A DNA stretch of 46,435 bases, from NCBI GenBank assembly GCA_902779245.1, contig CACZBB010000057.1, positions 1 to 46,435 on the forward strand, in the 5' to 3' direction. A model generated the notes under the pieces. The model ran no database searches. It saw only the letters and a list, made by a program, of their open reading frames with translations, and was not told where the DNA came from. Within the stretch, counting starts at the first letter, position 1; every line of letters starts with the position of its first letter. This document shows, piece by piece, positions 43,045-46,435 of the stretch. The translations under genes and the position numbers were made by a program. Origin of the DNA: an uncultured Lachnospiraceae bacterium (GTDB taxonomy: Bacteria > Bacillota > Clostridia > Lachnospirales > Lachnospiraceae).

Positions 43045-44469
43045 CTACGGATACATGCCTTCCTCATAGAACCGCGTATCATCGTTTTGGTTCCAACCAC
43101 GCGAGTGTTTGGCACGGGAGTGACTTGTAACTCCCGTACTTCCTTGTTCGGGATGCGGCAGGTCTGTATTATGACCTCTGAAGCTATATCTGGGAATCGT
43201 CAGTTTTACCACCGTCCCTCCTCCTTCGCGAGGCATGATGCTTATGCTTCCCCCGCACATGATTTCCAGACGCTGCTGTATGTTTTTCAGAGTTATGTAT
43301 GGCTTACTGTCATCGGAAAGCTCAAAACCAGGGCCGGTATTTTCCACGGTAATTTCGCTTTCGGAGTCCGTGCGCCGTGTCCGGATGAAGATATGCAACG
43401 GTTCGTAATTGGGATTCATACTGTGTTTGACTGCGTTTTCCACAATGGGCTGAAGAGTCAGCGGCGGCAGGCGAAAATTGGTAAAGGTTGTATCATAATC
43501 TACAATAAGCATATCCTCATATTGCGCCTGTTCTACGGCAAGATAAGCGCGGGTATGCTCCAGTTCCGTGGCAAACGGAATGGTGCTGTCGCTGGCGACT
43601 GCGTTGAAATTTTTACGCAGATAGTTGGTAAAATCCAATGTAAGCTGCTGAGCCTTCTGAGGATCAAGCCTGCAAAGGCTGTAAATACTCATGAGTGTGT
43701 TATAGATAAAATGCGGCCGCATTTGCAGCACCATAACGTTGGCTCGCTCATGGGCAATTTCCTGTTGCTGCTTAATGATTTTCTGTTGTTGGCGGCGATC
43801 CGTCTCGATCTGATCAGTAAGGATAAAGCTATACATGGCCAGCGCGGAGAGGACGTAACTGACGTCAATGAGAAGAAAGATGTCCGCGAACATTTGCACG
43901 ATCAGCGTTGCCGTAATCGGCAGTATGGCGATGAGGAAAGCCAGAAAAACTTTGTGGGAAAGCCGGGTCCGGCGCCGCATCGTGCCTGCAAAATCCAGCG
44001 CTAAAGCCGCAATGATCGGCATCAAAGGAAGCGGATAAAGGGGGCCGCGGAAATACTGGTTTTCCGGTGTGATATAGATGAAACCGTCAATAAACAAGGA
44101 GCTGACAAGCAAAGCAATAAAGACCGTCCACAGAACGATCACAGCGTGAAAAAGCTTGCTCCTGCGCATATTTTCACCGCAGCAGTGCAGCAGATAAGCC
44201 GTCAGCATGAGCAGCGGCAATGAAAACAGAAAGGATTCCAGAAGCAGCAGAAAAATGAACACCGCTCGTGGGGCGGCATAATATTGGAGGAGCAGCTCTG
44301 CGATACTGGAAAGGCAGCATAACAGAAAAATGATAAAATAACTCTTGAAAAAACGCCTGCTCCAGCGGTTGATTCCATGAATGACAATGCTGAACCACAA
44401 TCCTATTGCGCTAAGCAGCAGCGCCGCGCCGAATGTGGAGAAGTTCATGGACTCGATCAAACTTTTCAC
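43045..44469 (-). CDS. LytS/YesM-type membrane sensor histidine kinase
   Basis: About seven TMs; LQMRPHFIYNTL H-box; LQPIVENAVKH N-box; GGGT. Confidence 0.88.
   Translation of the reverse strand: MKSLIESMNFSTFGAALLLSAIGLWFSIVIHGINRWSRRFFKSYFIIFLLCCLSSIAELLLQYYAAPRAVFIFLLLLESFLFSLPLLMLTAYLLHCCGENMRRSKLFHAVIVLWTVFIALLVSSLFIDGFIYITPENQYFRGPLYPLPLMPIIAALALDFAGTMRRRTRLSHKVFLAFLIAILPITATLIVQMFADIFLLIDVSYVLSALAMYSFILTDQIETDRRQQQKIIKQQQEIAHERANVMVLQMRPHFIYNTLMSIYSLCRLDPQKAQQLTLDFTNYLRKNFNAVASDSTIPFATELEHTRAYLAVEQAQYEDMLIVDYDTTFTNFRLPPLTLQPIVENAVKHSMNPNYEPLHIFIRTRRTDSESEITVENTGPGFELSDDSKPYITLKNIQQRLEIMCGGSISIMPREGGGTVVKLTIPRYSFRGHNTDLPHPEQGSTGVTSHSRAKHSRGWNQNDDTRFYEEGMYP
43101..43120. repeat. REP-like family 2, half copy
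   Basis: GCGAGTGTTTGGCACGGGA is identical to 12801-12819. Confidence 0.75.
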
Positions 44470-45065
44470 TCGTCCACACCTCCTGCGGGAAATGGGAGGC
44501 AGAGCTTTTTAAGCTGTCTGCGAACGTCCTCCGGAATCAGCGGCTTGACAATAAATCCGCATGCGTCAGTGTTCCATGCATTGAGGGAGTATTCCGGATA
44601 GGCTGTCAGATAGACAACCTTTGTACCGGGATTAATTTCCAACAGATCACGGCAGAGATCAAAGCCGCTGACCACGCCCATCTCGATATCCAGAAAAGCC
44701 AGATCGGTTCGGTGCCTTTTCGCGTATTCGATTGATGCCTGCGGACAGCTAAAGCTCGCGATGGCAGCGTTCGGCGCGACCTCCTCCAAAATCAGCAGAT
44801 TGTAGGAGAGAATGGCCTTGTTGTCGTCGACAATAATCATGTTGAAGGATTCGTCGCTGTCGTAGGTGGTGGAGAGCAGTGTTCTGACGTCTGCTCTCAG
44901 AACCTCAGCGAGACGTGTAATCATGGCGGCATCCGGCAGCCGGCTTCCGCTTTCCCATTTAGAGATGGTCGCCTTGTTAACATACATCAGGGCTGCAAGC
45001 TGACTCTGGGTAAGCCCCTTTTGAAGTCTCAGTTTTCTTAATGCATCCGCAAAAAGGATGTTCAT
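44466..45065 (-). CDS. XRE-family HTH fused to a C-terminal receiver domain
   Basis: 'LR.QKGLTQSQLA..M.V....ISKWESG.R.P' then IIVDD, FLDI, LTA, VKP; GTGA overlap with the kinase. Confidence 0.88.
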   Translation of the reverse strand: MNILFADALRKLRLQKGLTQSQLAALMYVNKATISKWESGSRLPDAAMITRLAEVLRADVRTLLSTTYDSDESFNMIIVDDNKAILSYNLLILEEVAPNAAIASFSCPQASIEYAKRHRTDLAFLDIEMGVVSGFDLCRDLLEINPGTKVVYLTAYPEYSLNAWNTDACGFIVKPLIPEDVRRQLKKLCLPFPAGGVDE

Positions 45066-45140
45066 GGTATCCGTACGCCCCCCTTTTACTTTATTCATTA
45101 TAGTCAAATCCAATCACAAAAGCAAGATAGAAGGAAAAGT

Positions 45141-45169
45141 CGTTTCTGGTCACCGTGTGACCAGAAACG
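45141..45169. repeat. REP-like family 1, palindromic core only
   Basis: CGTTTCTGGTCAC-cgt-GTGACCAGAAACG; identical to 71-98. Confidence 0.9.
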
Positions 45170-45328
45170 TTCACTCCGTTCACAGTAACGGTTGCCATTC
45201 CGGCAACTCTACTTGTGCTGCCTTGGAAAAGATGAAATAATGAATCTATAAGCACCTCGTTGAATGCAGGCATACGGGTGGAAGCCTCGAATCCCTGTAA
45301 AATATGGAAAAATTCAGAAAGGAAAAAA

Positions 45329-46399
45329 ATGAAAAAGAGACTTGTGGCATTGGCACTGAGTGCAGTATCGGTCTTTAGTCTGACGGCATGCGGAGGTCAG
45401 TCTTCAGCGAGCAAAAGTACAGCAACCAAATCTGCGGCAACGATCTCAGAAGCATCAACAACAGCCATCGAAGGAAAAGAGCCCAACTATTCCGATAAAA
45501 CCTGCTGGTACCAGATCCCGGAAATCACCAAGGACATCGACACGTTCTTTGTCTATCCGACCGAATACATGGATTCAAACGAAGGGGATCCTGATTTTGC
45601 TCCGCTCGACAACGCCGAAATGCTGGCGGGTGTGAAAACCAACTACCCGATTCTGGCAAGTGTCTACGAGGACTCTACCAATGTGTTCATGCCCTACTAC
45701 CGTCAGGCGGGCATGATGTTCGCGGCGGAAGAAGCAAGGAAGTCCGGCGACCCGCGCACCGCTTTTGCCACCATCCCCTATGCCGACATCACCGCCGCAC
45801 TTGACTACTACTTCCAGAATTACAACAACGGACGTCCGTTTATCATCGCGGGTCACAGCCAGGGCTCGGGCATTGTAAGTCTTGTGCTGAAGGATTATTT
45901 CAAGGAGCATCCCGATTATTACGAGCGCATGATCGCCGCCTACGTCATCGGCTTCTCCATCACCAGGGAATACCTCGAGGAAAACACACATCTGAAGTTC
46001 GCTACCGGCGAAAGTGACACCGGCGTTATCATTAGCTGGAACACTGAGGGACCGAAGAATGTGGAGCAGAACGCCAGGAATGTTGTGCTTCTGCCGAACG
46101 CGATCAGCATCAATCCACTGAATTGGAAGCTCGACGAAACATACGCACCGGTGAGTGAAAACCTTGGTTCGCGCGTTCCGAACGAAAAAACCGGCAAATA
46201 TGAGATTAAGGACATCGGAGCGGACGCAAGGGTCGTTCTCAGTCGCGGCTCCGTCCTTACGAACGCAGATACCGAACCCGTCGGAGGCGACACCTTTGGT
46301 CCCCAGAGTTACCACAATGGCGACTACGCGCTTTTTTACAACAACATCAAGGACAACGTGGCCAAACGTATCGCGACATACAAAGAAAGCAAAAGATAA
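45329..46399 (+). CDS. DUF3089-like alpha/beta-hydrolase lipoprotein
   Basis: Lipobox LTAC; DTFFVYPT, PYYRQ, GHSQG nucleophile elbow, INPL.W, YH..DY. Confidence 0.8.
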   Translation: MKKRLVALALSAVSVFSLTACGGQSSASKSTATKSAATISEASTTAIEGKEPNYSDKTCWYQIPEITKDIDTFFVYPTEYMDSNEGDPDFAPLDNAEMLAGVKTNYPILASVYEDSTNVFMPYYRQAGMMFAAEEARKSGDPRTAFATIPYADITAALDYYFQNYNNGRPFIIAGHSQGSGIVSLVLKDYFKEHPDYYERMIAAYVIGFSITREYLEENTHLKFATGESDTGVIISWNTEGPKNVEQNARNVVLLPNAISINPLNWKLDETYAPVSENLGSRVPNEKTGKYEIKDIGADARVVLSRGSVLTNADTEPVGGDTFGPQSYHNGDYALFYNNIKDNVAKRIATYKESKR

Positions 46400-46435
46400 A
46401 CGGGCATACATAGTCCGCACTTTGTGCCACCATGT

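Overview
GC-rich Clostridiales-type (Lachnospiraceae-like) chromosomal window. It carries housekeeping genes (PTS-IIC-like permease, yitT, ltaE, PPi-type pfk, a ydjGHI-like envelope operon, glyS, recO, era, M16C peptidase) and an ~18 kb divergent nitrogen-assimilation locus: GSIII-amt/glnK-asnB-pyrG-carA-carB on one side, a split archaeal-type glutamate synthase on the other, with ANTAR-like attenuators. Three accessory blocks interrupt these. The most striking (1.5-5.5 kb, minus strand) is a candidate anti-phage cassette: a SIR2-like gene directly upstream of an AT-richer LRR-Roc-COR (Roco) gene ending in a PD-(D/E)XK-like nuclease domain. The Roco gene has a variable 66-bp LRR array and is broken by two frameshifts, one an exact 13-bp duplication. 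The second block (19.4-24.9 kb) is decaying: PAP2, a surface-protein remnant, BlaI with a frameshifted M56 sensor, and a structured leader RNA ahead of a TnpW-like gene. The third is a LytS-like kinase, an XRE-receiver fusion and a DUF3089-like lipoprotein. Several dispersed palindromic REP/MITE-like families occur, one of which replaces the 3' end of glyS. All family assignments are from motifs read by eye; no searches were run.
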